From Catajapyx aquilonaris (taxonomy: Eukaryota), in assembly GCA_000934665.2 (NCBI GenBank), contig KZ538419.1, positions 52,255-72,254 of the forward strand: a DNA stretch of 20,000 nucleotides, given 5' to 3'. A program made the position numbers and the translations under genes. A model generated the notes under the pieces. It was not told the origin of the DNA. It was given only the letters and a program-made list of their open reading frames with translations, and did not search any database. How positions within the stretch are numbered: position 1 is the first letter of the stretch; every line of letters begins with the position of its first letter. Shown piece by piece: positions 9,479 to 20,000 of the stretch.

Positions 9479-10076
9479 CAAAAGCTGTACCGCCTGCCCA
9501 CAGCCATGGGGTAATAACAATGAGGGGCAGGTGCTTAACACTTCTGGGAGGAGGACAGACTTTCTTGTAAGATGCTGGTCGTGAATCTGTTTAGCTTTTA
9601 CAGAAATGTTGGTACTGTTAATTTTAACCGAACCTCCCTTCACGCATAATTCAGTTAATATCAGGAAGTAATGCTTTAATTGCAGAAGTGAAATTTCCAT
9701 CGGGAGATAATTTTGCAACGTAATTTCTTATTATTAGTGCAGATATTCAGATGTAAGCGATGCTTTTTGTACGTAAGAGTGTCGACCTTCCTGCGCTACG
9801 AGTGCTGTAAAATATTTGCTGTCGTGTGAGTTCGAAATCGTTGCCCAATAAGGACTTGTTGCTCATGTGTGTTTGCTGCTCTGATTTACGGTGATTTGTT
9901 GTCAAACTTCACTGCAAGCGACAAGAAAGGAAATGCAGTAATCAGCTCCAATCCTGAGCTACAATTAGGGTAACAATACCAGTGAAAGCAATCCAGATTT
10001 TTCACATCAGCTTTTATAGAAAGCACCACATACGTTTACAGTCAATATATGCCACGAATATTTAGAATATAAATTA

Positions 10077-10097
10077 AATAAACTATGAGCAAATAAA
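10077..10097 (+). promoter_or_regulatory. Candidate polyadenylation signals for the proximal ZDHHC isoform
   Basis: Two AATAAA hexamers at 10077-10082 and 10092-10097, downstream of the stop at 9478; another lies at 12053-12058. The context is AT-rich, so chance matches are possible. Confidence 0.3.
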
Positions 10098-12376
10098 TGT
10101 ACCATCGAATGGTCCAGTGTAAAATATAACATGCATATTTAAAATTCTTCAATGTGATAACTGTAAGTGCAATCAATACACATTGGAAGGTTGCAATTCA
10201 GGGATTTGATACGTTACTGCAGATATGCTGAAATTGCAGCTTTTTCACACACAAAAAAAAAATGTTCAAAATATGCATGCCACTTGATGACTTTTATACT
10301 CGTGACAATCATCCCGAGTTTTTACGTCCCACTATATTGACGAGCAACACGTAAGCCCAGGTTACGAACAACTGAAGACTTTATCAATTATTGCTTAAGT
10401 GCACGTAATTGTACCTCAAGACATAACAGGACTGCACGAGAGAATTATGACTATTGACCTCATCTCTTCAGCTTGTAATCATGGTTTTTTTCCTGCTTAC
10501 CAGAGGATACATGCATTGTTTGTCAATGGGTTGTGATGTTTTTAAGTGTGTACAATCTTGTCCCCCCCAATTATGACATGCTAAGAGCACAATTACATGT
10601 GACACAAGGTGAACATTATGCAGGACCATAGATTAATATGTAGCGTACTGCATTCAAACCAAGTACTGAACTGATTCAAGGCCCAGTTTATACTTTTTCC
10701 AGCACTTTCCCTCACTAGTCGTGGGCCACATATCTGGGGGGAAAAACAAGAGTGCGAAAAAGTGACTGAGTGTGACTTCATAGGGTTTTTTTGCACTATT
10801 GTAAATTGAAAGAGAGAGAGAGAAGTTGCCAATTTTTTAAATGAAGATAAAAAAAATTTAATGCACTATTGTAGCTTTTTACTGATGGTGATAAAGCGCA
10901 CCACAACTGCAGGAAAAAATCCACACGTTAATTTAACCTTGATGAGACTAGAGAGAATCAAGCGCGCAATTATTGTAAATATGGCTGTGATATTTTTTTA
11001 TCGCTTCCCCCCGCCCCACACCGGATTCTAATCCACACTATAGTGTTGTGTTATTCTGTTGTGTTAACGTCAATCCAGTTCCTGCTGTAAATATTGGATT
11101 GAAAGGATTTTAAAAAGAAATTGAGTCACGTTTTGATGTTAACTACCGTAGGTGTTAGCGTGTTGCACTGTACATAGCTTTAACAAAAAAATGCATGTTT
11201 CTTTTTTTATTTGTGCATTTATTGTGACAGGTTTAAGTCTGTCCTAAAGAGAGAGGAGGTAGAAGGGGGTTTTATAAGAAGATGGTTCCTTTTTTTTTTT
11301 AAACGTGAAAGTGGCAACGACTGAGGGAGTTGCGGTTCATACTACAGTTGTGTATTTTGCATTACCTTGTATTTGTGTATGAGATGGCAGACTTTAAAAA
11401 AGTGGCTGCTTTGAGCAAAAAAAAAATGTGGCTTCTCATTTCTTGACGAAAAAAAAAAAAGGTTTGTTTTCTAAAGCCCTTCACAAAAGGACCTGGGTAA
11501 GTTTATTGTCGCATGTTTCGCATTTCATGTCCACCTCGGTGTTAGTTACAGTGCGCGAAGTGAAAAGCACTTATGCTCTGATCGCATGATTATGTAGCTT
11601 TGAATTATTATCATGTTATAAGGTGTAGTTGTGATGCTACTTGTGCTAACCCGTACTGTTTGTCCTAAGCCGTTTCGATCACTCTTGAAATAATGTTTTG
11701 TGCAAATGAGCTTTTTTGGCACTTCAAAAGGTCCAATTTGAGTGTTTTTCCGTTTCCTCGTGAGGTATACAAAAGATAGAACTCGGGATTTCGAAGTTTG
11801 TATGCAAACTAATTTTTTTTTAAAATCATTTGAAAGATTACGGAATTGCAGTTTTTGAAATGTACATTGCTTCTGAGGAGTGTATGAAAAAAGTGGACTG
11901 ATGCTTTTGATGCAAGCATTTATCGCACCCGAGGCCATATATGGTCAAGTTCATGGGTAAAAATAATTTTTGATGCATATTGTAGTAGCATAATGTGTGT
12001 TTGTAGCAGCTTGTAACAGGCTAGGATTATTGAAGAATTTAATTTTGGATATAATAAAACACGTAGCACTTTGCATCCGAACATGACTGATACAGCTCAT
12101 GTGTCTAATTTTTCATCATTTTCATTATTTTGGCTCAGCCATGCAAGGCTGGCATTTGCAGTTTTTTTAGAAAGTTCTTTATTTGGCACCTTGTGTGAAA
12201 AATTTTAATGGTCTACCGCAGGATGAGTTAATCAAAATTGTTTTATTTCAAGTCTCAATAGTTTGCTGCTACTCATTGTTAAAATATGCAAACACGATTT
12301 GTTTATGTTGACTCATCCTGTACTCTCTCGAGCACTCTTGAATGGCAATGACTAATTGTCGGCACCTGATTTTCAG

Positions 12377-12621
12377 ATCCAGAGGCGAGGCACAATGCGA
12401 CTCCAGCTCCTCCTCCATCTCTGGATCTGCCGCTGCCGCAATTGCCTGTTTCCATTCCACCTGCACCTCAGTCCACGCTGACGGAGAGCCAGCTCAAGCT
12501 CCTCCAGGACACGACCATGATTGAGTCCGCGCTGGACCTGGACTCTCTCGAGGAAGGGAGTGTCAGTGCTGTGAGCCACACTGGAAGCCAAATGGGGCTT
12601 CTCAAGCCGCACATGACCTGA
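12377..12621 (+). CDS. Distal alternative terminal coding exon of the ZDHHC gene
   Basis: Acceptor TGATTTTCAG ends at 12376 and opens a GC-rich island. The phase-1 frame reads (D)PEARHNATPAPPPSLDLPLPQLPVSIPPAPQSTLTESQLKLLQDTTMIESALDLDSLEEGSVSAVSHTGSQMGLLKPHMT*. From memory, not from a search, LLQDTTMIESALDLDSL resembles C-termini of arthropod ZDHHC14/app-like isoforms. Confidence 0.7.
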
Positions 12622-13357
12622 CATGATGCTTCCCACCGTGAAAACTAGACGCTCAGTGACACTTTGCTTCAAGGAGGTGCTTACAGACTTTTAATTAATT
12701 ATTTTTTACATCATGCATCACGGTAGCATGAACAGAGTTGTGAGATGGCATAATATATTAGTTGTGTAAATACCATGTACAAACCAGTGGTGGTTCGCAT
12801 GTTCTTACGTGACATTGGGTTGATGAACCGGATGAGGCAGTCTGCTCGGGAATAATTATTTGTTGACGTGTGTTGCGGGGTAAAGTTTAGAGAATTTATG
12901 GACTTGATTGGGCTTTTGTGGGTCAATGAAAGGATCGATTCATCCAATTTGTGCAGCATAAATAATGACACTGTTATATTGTTGTATAATCATAAAGCAT
13001 CATATTGAAACCATTGTTAGATTCAGAAGTATTTCTGCGGAGTGGACTGCCTCCTCTTAAGGTCAAGCAAAAATGTGTGGCCCTTACCGAAATCAAACAG
13101 CGATAGACGATCAAAAATGTTTTGTTTTTTTGCAAGGGGGGGGGAAGGGGGTTGTATATTTTTATATGGTGGTCATACAAACAAAGATTCCAATTATTTT
13201 AGAAGGTGACAATGCCGGTTTTTGTTCATTCCTTTGTACATGACGAATGGATCTATTTTCCTGCCTTTATTTTAAAGGAAGTTATGCCGTCTTTTTTTTA
13301 TTGCCTGGTCAAAACAAAGTGGAAAAAAAATAAATATCTTTCAATGTTTTTTGCCTT

Positions 13358-16300
13358 CTAAGCTAACATGTCTGTAGTGTAAGCATCTGCCACTTTGGAT
13401 CTGATGATGGGTTTTGATCCTGGTATGACATACTCATTCCCGATTTCTCCATCGTAATTCCCGCACATTCCGCAATGCAGGCCGCGGAAGTTCGATGGGA
13501 CTACAGCAGCCAGGAATTCCCCACTGTATTGCAGGAACAAGTTGATTGGCGCAGAGTAGAAGAAGTACATGTACTCATGACGAGTGATCCTACAAATAAT
13601 GTGATTTGTTAACATTTTTTTACGTGATCAACATAATGCGTAAAACTGACTTACGAAAGGATTGGTTCTCTGACGTCTGGAACAGCATAACCGTTTTGCT
13701 TAATGTCCACGTGGATTCCATCAACAGTAATTTCTTGTGAGTTGCCTGAATGTTCTATGTGTATAACATGCTTTCCAATGAACAAAGTCATCCCCTGAAA
13801 GTACATACATTGCACTTGTAATAATATGCTCATTGCTCCCATGTTGTGTATCTCACCATAGATTTAGCCTGATCGATTCTCCTGAGGAACACGGCATACT
13901 TTGGGTTCAGTGAACAGTCGCTGGTCACCAGCATGTTCTGACTGCTCAGGTTGTAAGAGTAGGTCACGTTATCCAGTGTCACCACCTTGTTTGGCGTCAC
14001 CAAGCAGGAAGCTGACAAAGTGGCAAGTTATAATATGTCGACTTAAATGCAAGTTGCGCATTTCGCATTAGTACATACCAATAGTTCCGAGTGTGGCCGA
14101 TGCGAGCATATGGTTGGAGAAATGGGTGCTGGGCAGGAGGCTATCCACGGAAGCAAGTCCCAAAGCTGCGTAGTCAAACCTGAAACTTGCCGCCTTCCCC
14201 TCAGGCATCCGCAACCCAAGTGAGAGCTCATTTGTCCTGGTGCCAAACTCAACATCCAGTTCAACCTGGTCTCCAACAGATGGGTCAACAGATGTCACGT
14301 ATGACGGCAACCAATTTTGGAAGTCGGCTGCATCAAGCAGTGAAGCCACTCGTCCTGCTAATTCGTGGATATGGCCTGGAAGCTACAAAGTGTCACCTAA
14401 TTGTGAGTATCGTCATCATCATCGTCTGATTTAATTTTATTGGCTGTGATGTACCTTGGTTGCTTCCAGAATGATCTGGTACTTCCTGAGTGTGGTTTGT
14501 TCCAGAGACGACTGGAAACAGGCTGGAGTCAGCGGGGTCAGAGACTCATCAGGCCAGTCCTGCTTCTCGGCCTCGCACTGGCTGTACGGCCAAGAGGTCG
14601 AGGTCAGGTCCTTTTGCGCCTGTGACCTGCTGCCCTGACCTCTGATGACCACATGTCCGTCAGGCGTGTCGCAGGATGAGGAGGCATGTGCCCAGCAGAC
14701 AGATGCATTGAAGCCGACACCCGGTTCGTCCCCTGAATCCGACAGTATGGACAGGGTGTCCAGAGACGGAATGGCCGAAAATCGAGCATTTCCCTCCAGT
14801 CGCACCTGGAAATTAATTTCAATGTGCTTACAGTAATTACAATACATGTTATGTATGGAGCGTACCACGTAGTCGCCGTGTCCGTGGTTGTCGAACGATT
14901 GGAACTGCAGGTTAAATCCTGTGTCCTGTCCTTGTCCCGGAAGTTGGTATGTGGTCTGGAGCCTCCAGGTTCGGATGGTCTGTGGCTGGAGCCCGCTCTT
15001 CCAGTCCATTCGGATGTCTGCAAAGTATGCATCGGCTCCAGGAAACAAAGTGGTGGTCGATCCATTGCCGTCCTCCTGGGCATCCACAGTAAATGTCATC
15101 TCGACAATATGAGCAGCCACAGTCGATTCCTCCATGTCCACATAGTCGGCCAGGTACAACCTACACTCTTGTCCAGTCGGTTGAAAGACCAAGTATTGTG
15201 CCGCATGCATGACGTTCAATACCACGCTGCTCACAAACTCATTCCTGTTTGGAAAAAATATGTATTGATGGAATTTTGCTCAACCCCAATTTTTCTTACT
15301 CTGGATTCTTCTGGATTGAATTGACCATATTGAGAGCCAATCTGGAGACACTTTCGGTACATCCAGCTGTCATTGTAGGCAAATGGTCCGACCCTATTTT
15401 CTGGAAGGATGTCGAGTATGCGTGGACAACAAATGGGTTGACAGCTGCAATTCAACAATTATTGTGCTTTATGTTATCCGACTAATTGATATTAATTTAT
15501 GATTTAATTCCAGGGAATACCTGTGGGTCTAGTCAGAGAAACACTGACTTCATCCAGTCTAACATCAGACAGGATGAAGTTAACGGGAAGGTTAACCAAC
15601 AAGTGACGTCTGCTCCTGACTCCATGATGTGTGCCGGTGATGGGATCGTGATGAGATATTTCAACAATGCCATGCTGTTGATACCTGACACGAATTTATG
15701 CATTATTCCTGTGCTAATTATTTTTTTTAAATTAACTTACTGAAAGTTCAGTTGGTGCAACGGAGTGGACATGTTGACCCGGAAGAATCCAAAACCTGGA
15801 GCGAACAAACGTAACTCCAGAGGGAATCCGATGTCTGTTGGACGATGTACCTTGGCCTGATCCAGGACTGTTCCGAATGCTTTTTCGAACTGTGTTGTGA
15901 TGTCTCCTAAAGCTGAACGAAACAGTGATAAAAGTGATTTGCTGAATAATAATTAAGACTTACAGTCCAGTGTGGATTCGTTGATATGTGCATGAAAAAG
16001 GATGGTGTACTGAGAGAAGAGCATGACCTCCATGTTGAGTGGCGGTTGGTTACGAATCTTCACCTTCATCCGGGCCAATATCTTCATCAATATTTGGGCA
16101 TCCCATTGTTCTGAATCTTTCGGGAAATCCAAGTCAAAGAGGTAGTTCTGAAGCCCTTCTTGTCTTATGTAGATCTGAAATAAACGTTCAGACTATGGAG
16201 TCATACAGGTCCCAACAATTAGGATGTATAACTCACAGAGAGGTATGACTTGGTGACTCCAGCTGCATGGACTGTGTAGTCCAGGAGTATGCTCGTGGGC

Positions 16301-18877
16301 AGGATGGACTTTCTGCTTCCAACGACAGAAGTGTACAAAAGCTGGCCGAAATTGTGGTCCTCATTGTTGTAGTCCAGCAAGTACGACCCCGAATACCGAA
16401 TTTGTGTAGCAGCCAGGTTTTCATCCAGATATCTCAAGCACTTCCGGATATCTCTAGCTCTGAGTATAATAGATGTGTATGAGTGATTTTTTTTTGTCTA
16501 ATTATTATTTTACCTTACAGTGTCAAGACTGTGGGCTCCTTGCAGTTGGACAATGAGTGAAATGTTGTCTGCACGTAATTCAGCACCTGCCTATCTTCCT
16601 CCGAAGACAGATAAGAAGTGATCATGTGCAGTGTGTCGAAATCCGGAACGGAATACATGACAGCGTCGAAAGCAGCCAGACGTATCTCGTAGTCCTCAGT
16701 GCGATCCATAAATAAGGGCACGAATATCTGAAACGCCTACACGACAGCAATCAAGCTTATACCGACAGCCATTGGCAGCTTTTACCTGGTTTGGATCGTC
16801 CAACAGAGGCCAAGCTGCTTTGAAAGCATGGAGTCTCACAATGTGGCTGTGAGCATAACTTTCTCCTCGTATCAGCGGTAGAAGCAAACTGGCCGCATTT
16901 TTATTCCAGGCATTGTGAAGCACATGGATGTACATAAGTTGCTCATCGAAATCCATGCTCTTCATGAAACTATCGTAAAACATGTGCACATATTTATCCG
17001 CCACATTTGGGCTAGCTACTCTGAGCAGAGCTCCAAATGTCAAGTGTGCCGCCTTCTTCAGCGCGAATTCTTCAAATGCTTCTAACAGACCCTGTGAAAA
17101 TCGCCTCATTAATTATTATGGTCCAAATCGACAAATTATGCAAATACCTCATATTTCCGAAATATAATTTCATCAGTCCGTCTCAGATGCATGGGCACTT
17201 TAGGCAATGACATTATGATGTTTAGGTCGCTTATTTTTCTATCTGACATCAGGTCGCACAGAAGAGTGACCGAGTCGTTTGTTCCTGTTATAGCCAGCAG
17301 ATCCGGATAGACGTCCCTGCAACAATCACAATTTGTAACAATGCAATTGACAGTTCAGCTGGATTTTATACCATCCAATTCCGTCCTGGCTCAATGCGTC
17401 TGAAATTTGATACAAGTGTTGGTAATCCAGATGCGATGCTATGGGAATGGCCAAGCGCATCTTTTCCTCCTGCTCCGGATCCAGGTGTCCAAATGTATCA
17501 AGCACATCTAGTAGCTGTTGAATAATAAGCGGTAATTGTTGTATGAAATAATAATTGGCCACAACTCACCTGCTCCATCAACTCCTCTTGAGGCTGTCCA
17601 TTTGTGTCAATTATCGGAACACTGTCCTGTAGTTCATCAATTTGGTATTTCAGATCCTCGTAAGTCGCAGTGTTGGCTTCCATCTGGTGAGGTTCAACAA
17701 TCGGCTTTGCTGACACCAGCTGGAAGCTTTGCCTGTAGTTAAAATTGGCAATTAGATTTTTTTTTTGTCAATTCCTCTCTGTGTTGTGTGCGCAACCATA
17801 TATTTGTAATTTTAATATTTTGCAATCTTACATATCAGATGATGACCATGACCTTAGTCAAATACATATGATCTTACGTGACAAGACTTCGATGTGTGAT
17901 GCCACTGGTGCCAGAAAACTGGAAGTCAGTGGCACCCTTTGCGTCAATGTGCTCCAAGATAAAGCTTTCGTGTATCCTTCTTAGCCCATAGGTGATGACG
18001 CTGTGAGAATGAATGACAGGCTGAAAAGATAATGCCTGTCACTCATGAAACCAATTACAATTTTTGACGTCATTGGTGTCCTTACTTCCTCTGCCCACAC
18101 AGAGGCGTCTATCCCCTGCCGCCAGCCTTGGTGCCTGGACACACAGTGGGCATGGTTCAAGTGCTTGACCACTTTGACCTGCTGGTCAGCATCCGAAGGG
18201 CTCATCATCACGTATCTCGCAATGCACTTCCCGTAGACCGTGGGCTCACTCCTCAAGTAAAATTTTGTCCCATTTGGTTCTATCCATAGTTGGAACATTG
18301 ATGCCAAAGCCTTCTTCACGTTCACGGACCAACTTGCCTCATCAAAAGCGACCTCCAGATATTCCACCTGAGAAAGCATTACACAATTGAACAATTATGT
18401 AAAAAAAATTGAGTTCGTTAAGAAAATGACAAACGTACTTCACTGTTTTGTCGGAATTTAATTCTAAACGGACGGTCCAGTTCCTCTGTCGTATATGATT
18501 CCTTGTCAACACCTGTGATACTCAAATCTGCCAACTGGAATAAAGTTAAATTATGCATAGGACACATACTGTGTTTGTAAACCTACCTGTAATATAGCAT
18601 GTCCATTCAAAGCCTGGAAAGTGAGCACACCTGTCATATTAAAGTCAGGGTTGCCATCTTCACCGCTCTCCAACGACAATTGAGAACTGTACTTGTAAAA
18701 GTACTCGTAGCCAGTCTTGAAGAAGGCATAACCGCTCTCTGAAGACTCGCACATACACAACGTCAAAGTCACCCCTATGTGCAACCCCCCCAAAGAATTG
18801 TAGTATTGCATCTTCTATTTTCCAATTAAATAAATAAAATTCTTACCAAAGATGACCACTGATAGAAAACCGGGCAT
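13358..18877 (-). CDS. Vitellogenin-like large lipid transfer protein (signal peptide, Vitellogenin_N, DUF1943-like region, VWD), 21 exons, about 1401 aa
   Basis: Exons: 18877-18847, 18774-18587, 18534-18439, 18367-18086, 18020-17878, 17732-17570, 17514-17372, 17316-17148, 17091-16786, 16727(or 16736)-16519, 16459-16237, 16174-15964, 15912-15741, 15684-15521, 15444-15300, 15244-14866, 14805-14455, 14382-14079, 14011-13857, 13794-13655, 13589-13358. All introns are GT-AG and phase-compatible. Motifs: signal peptide MPGFLSVVIFGVTLTLCMC, FKTGYEYFYKY, WSVNVKKALASMFQL, EPTVYGKC, EDYEIRLAAF, PTDIGFPL, WPYSQC..PLTPAC..TTLRKY, VWD VVTLDNVTY and RGLHCGMCGNYDG. Confidence 0.9.
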
Positions 18878-19041
18878 GACGATATGTCGTCAGGAGATTG
18901 TGGAACCAACTGTGTTTTTCCAAAGCCAGACGCTTACTGAGCATAAATCGGATAAGTAGTGCATTTTATTTATTTCGTCAGCCGTATCTCTCCTTGAGTG
19001 GTACGTTCCAGAATGCTTCGGTTTGTTTGATGAAATTAATA

Positions 19042-19049
19042 TATTTATA
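19042..19049 (-). promoter_or_regulatory. Possible TATA box of the vitellogenin-like gene
   Basis: The minus strand reads TTATAAATAT about 165 nt upstream of the ATG at 18877. A GATAAG lies at 18950-18955. Confidence 0.25.
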
Positions 19050-19796
19050 AAAAAAGGGAGTGTGATTGACAGCTGTTTTCAAACACTGGGCCCCTGTCGT
19101 CTACACAGAACTATATATGTCACGCTGCTGGGGAAATACTCGGTGTTGCATCCTTGCAAACTGCTTAGCACTTGATTTTACGCGAGGTCGAAAGGTCAAC
19201 TCGGGAGAGATGGCCAGCAGGGAAGTTGTAAAGGACATGGTTGCTATATAATACGCCATGAAACTAATCACAATGTCTATGCTAATCGAAACAGTTTGAG
19301 CGAATTTGTTTAATCCTGAATTGGCGAGTTCAAGAGTCATTGTCGCTGCGTTGTTTATTGTGTGGTTGATTAATCCAAGTTTTTGCAATTTAGATAGAAG
19401 TTGACGTAAGCTCTTTTGTTAAGGGTATATTCGCAACTTTTATGGGTAAATCTAGTATAGTTGTGCAATTGTAGATATCAGATCAACATTGATGTGCGAA
19501 CTGGGACAATGACTTTTTTGTACTTAGAAAGAGAGAAAAAATTACACATAGTGAACAGATTACATGATGCGGTAAGGATTGCTGGATCAATCAGATTTAC
19601 CCAATTTCCTTTATTGCCGTCACATTACATGGAGTTACGAGTTCACAGAATCAGACTGGATCTCACTATATTTTTTTTCGTTAAATTGCTGTTCATTGAT
19701 TGATGTTGGATTATTATTCACTTTTTATTCAAATGTTTCATTATTTACGACATACTTATCAATATACATTCCCATACAGGATTGTTAGAAAGTTTC

Positions 19797-20000
19797 TCAA
19801 TTGAGCTTGGAGAGGAGGCTGCCAACAAGGGACTTGCTGAAGTCGGCATCTGATGATAAATATCACGAATTAGTACCGGTCATGTTGCAATGTATCGTGT
19901 TGTAGTACAGTACTCACCACGACGGTGACGATGCACCTGTGGGTGGCACTCGAAGTCAGGCCTGCTGCAGTCTCCCTCGGGCAGGGAATAGGCGTAGGCC
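19797..20000 (-). CDS. Last two coding exons of a gene entering from the right edge, possibly another vitellogenin-like/VWD protein
   Basis: Exons >20000-19918 and 19849-19797 flank a 68-nt GTGAGT...ATCAG phase-1 intron and read ...AYAYSLPEGDCSRPDFECHPQVHRHRRDADFSKSLVGSLLSKLN*. A minus-strand AATAAA lies at 19724-19729. Confidence 0.65.

Noticed and set aside
11546..11938. 130-aa minus-strand ORF
   Set aside because: AT-rich, no recognisable motif or splice structure, and located in ZDHHC intron or UTR sequence.
12269..12672. Minus-strand ORFs of 65 and 99 aa and a plus-strand 60-aa ORF as an independent gene
   Set aside because: The GC-rich island is explained by the plus-strand ZDHHC distal exon in a different frame.
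14187..15743. Multiple plus-strand and alternative-frame ORFs
   Set aside because: Antisense or out-of-frame shadows of vitellogenin-like exons.
19101..19388. 95-aa minus-strand ORF and a hAT-like end (CAGCTGTTTTCAAAC near 19070)
   Set aside because: TTG start, no recognisable domain, and no partner TIR found.
1..20000. Prokaryotic systems (CRISPR arrays, operons, defence islands) and rRNA or tRNA genes
   Set aside because: The window shows spliceosomal gene structure throughout, and I saw no repeat-spacer arrays or recognisable structural RNA signatures.

Overview
Compact, intron-rich animal genomic DNA, arthropod-like by protein similarity (taxon not determinable here); most introns are 50-80 nt. 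I built all gene models by hand from splice sites and reading-frame phase. Left to right: (1) two tandem minus-strand GT32 alpha-1,4-glycosyltransferase genes (A4GALT/A4GNT-like), the second with degenerate motifs; (2) an intronless 199-aa orphan ORF with 11-residue beta-strand repeats that ends in CCSIS, a candidate CaaX box; (3) head-to-head with it, a plus-strand ZDHHC9/14/18 (Erf2/Approximated-type) palmitoyltransferase with a uORF-rich leader, a GC-AG/GT-AG alternative donor, a NAGNAG acceptor and up to three alternative C-termini, including a distal exon at 12377-12621 that the ORF track misses; (4) a convergent 21-exon, about 1401-aa vitellogenin-like large lipid transfer protein; (5) the last two exons of a further minus-strand gene, possibly a tandem vitellogenin-like paralog. 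Two small TIR elements are present. I found no rRNA, tRNA or CRISPR arrays. The best candidate for an undescribed system is the divergent pair of a CC-aaX repeat protein and an Erf2-family S-acyltransferase, which is an inference and untested.
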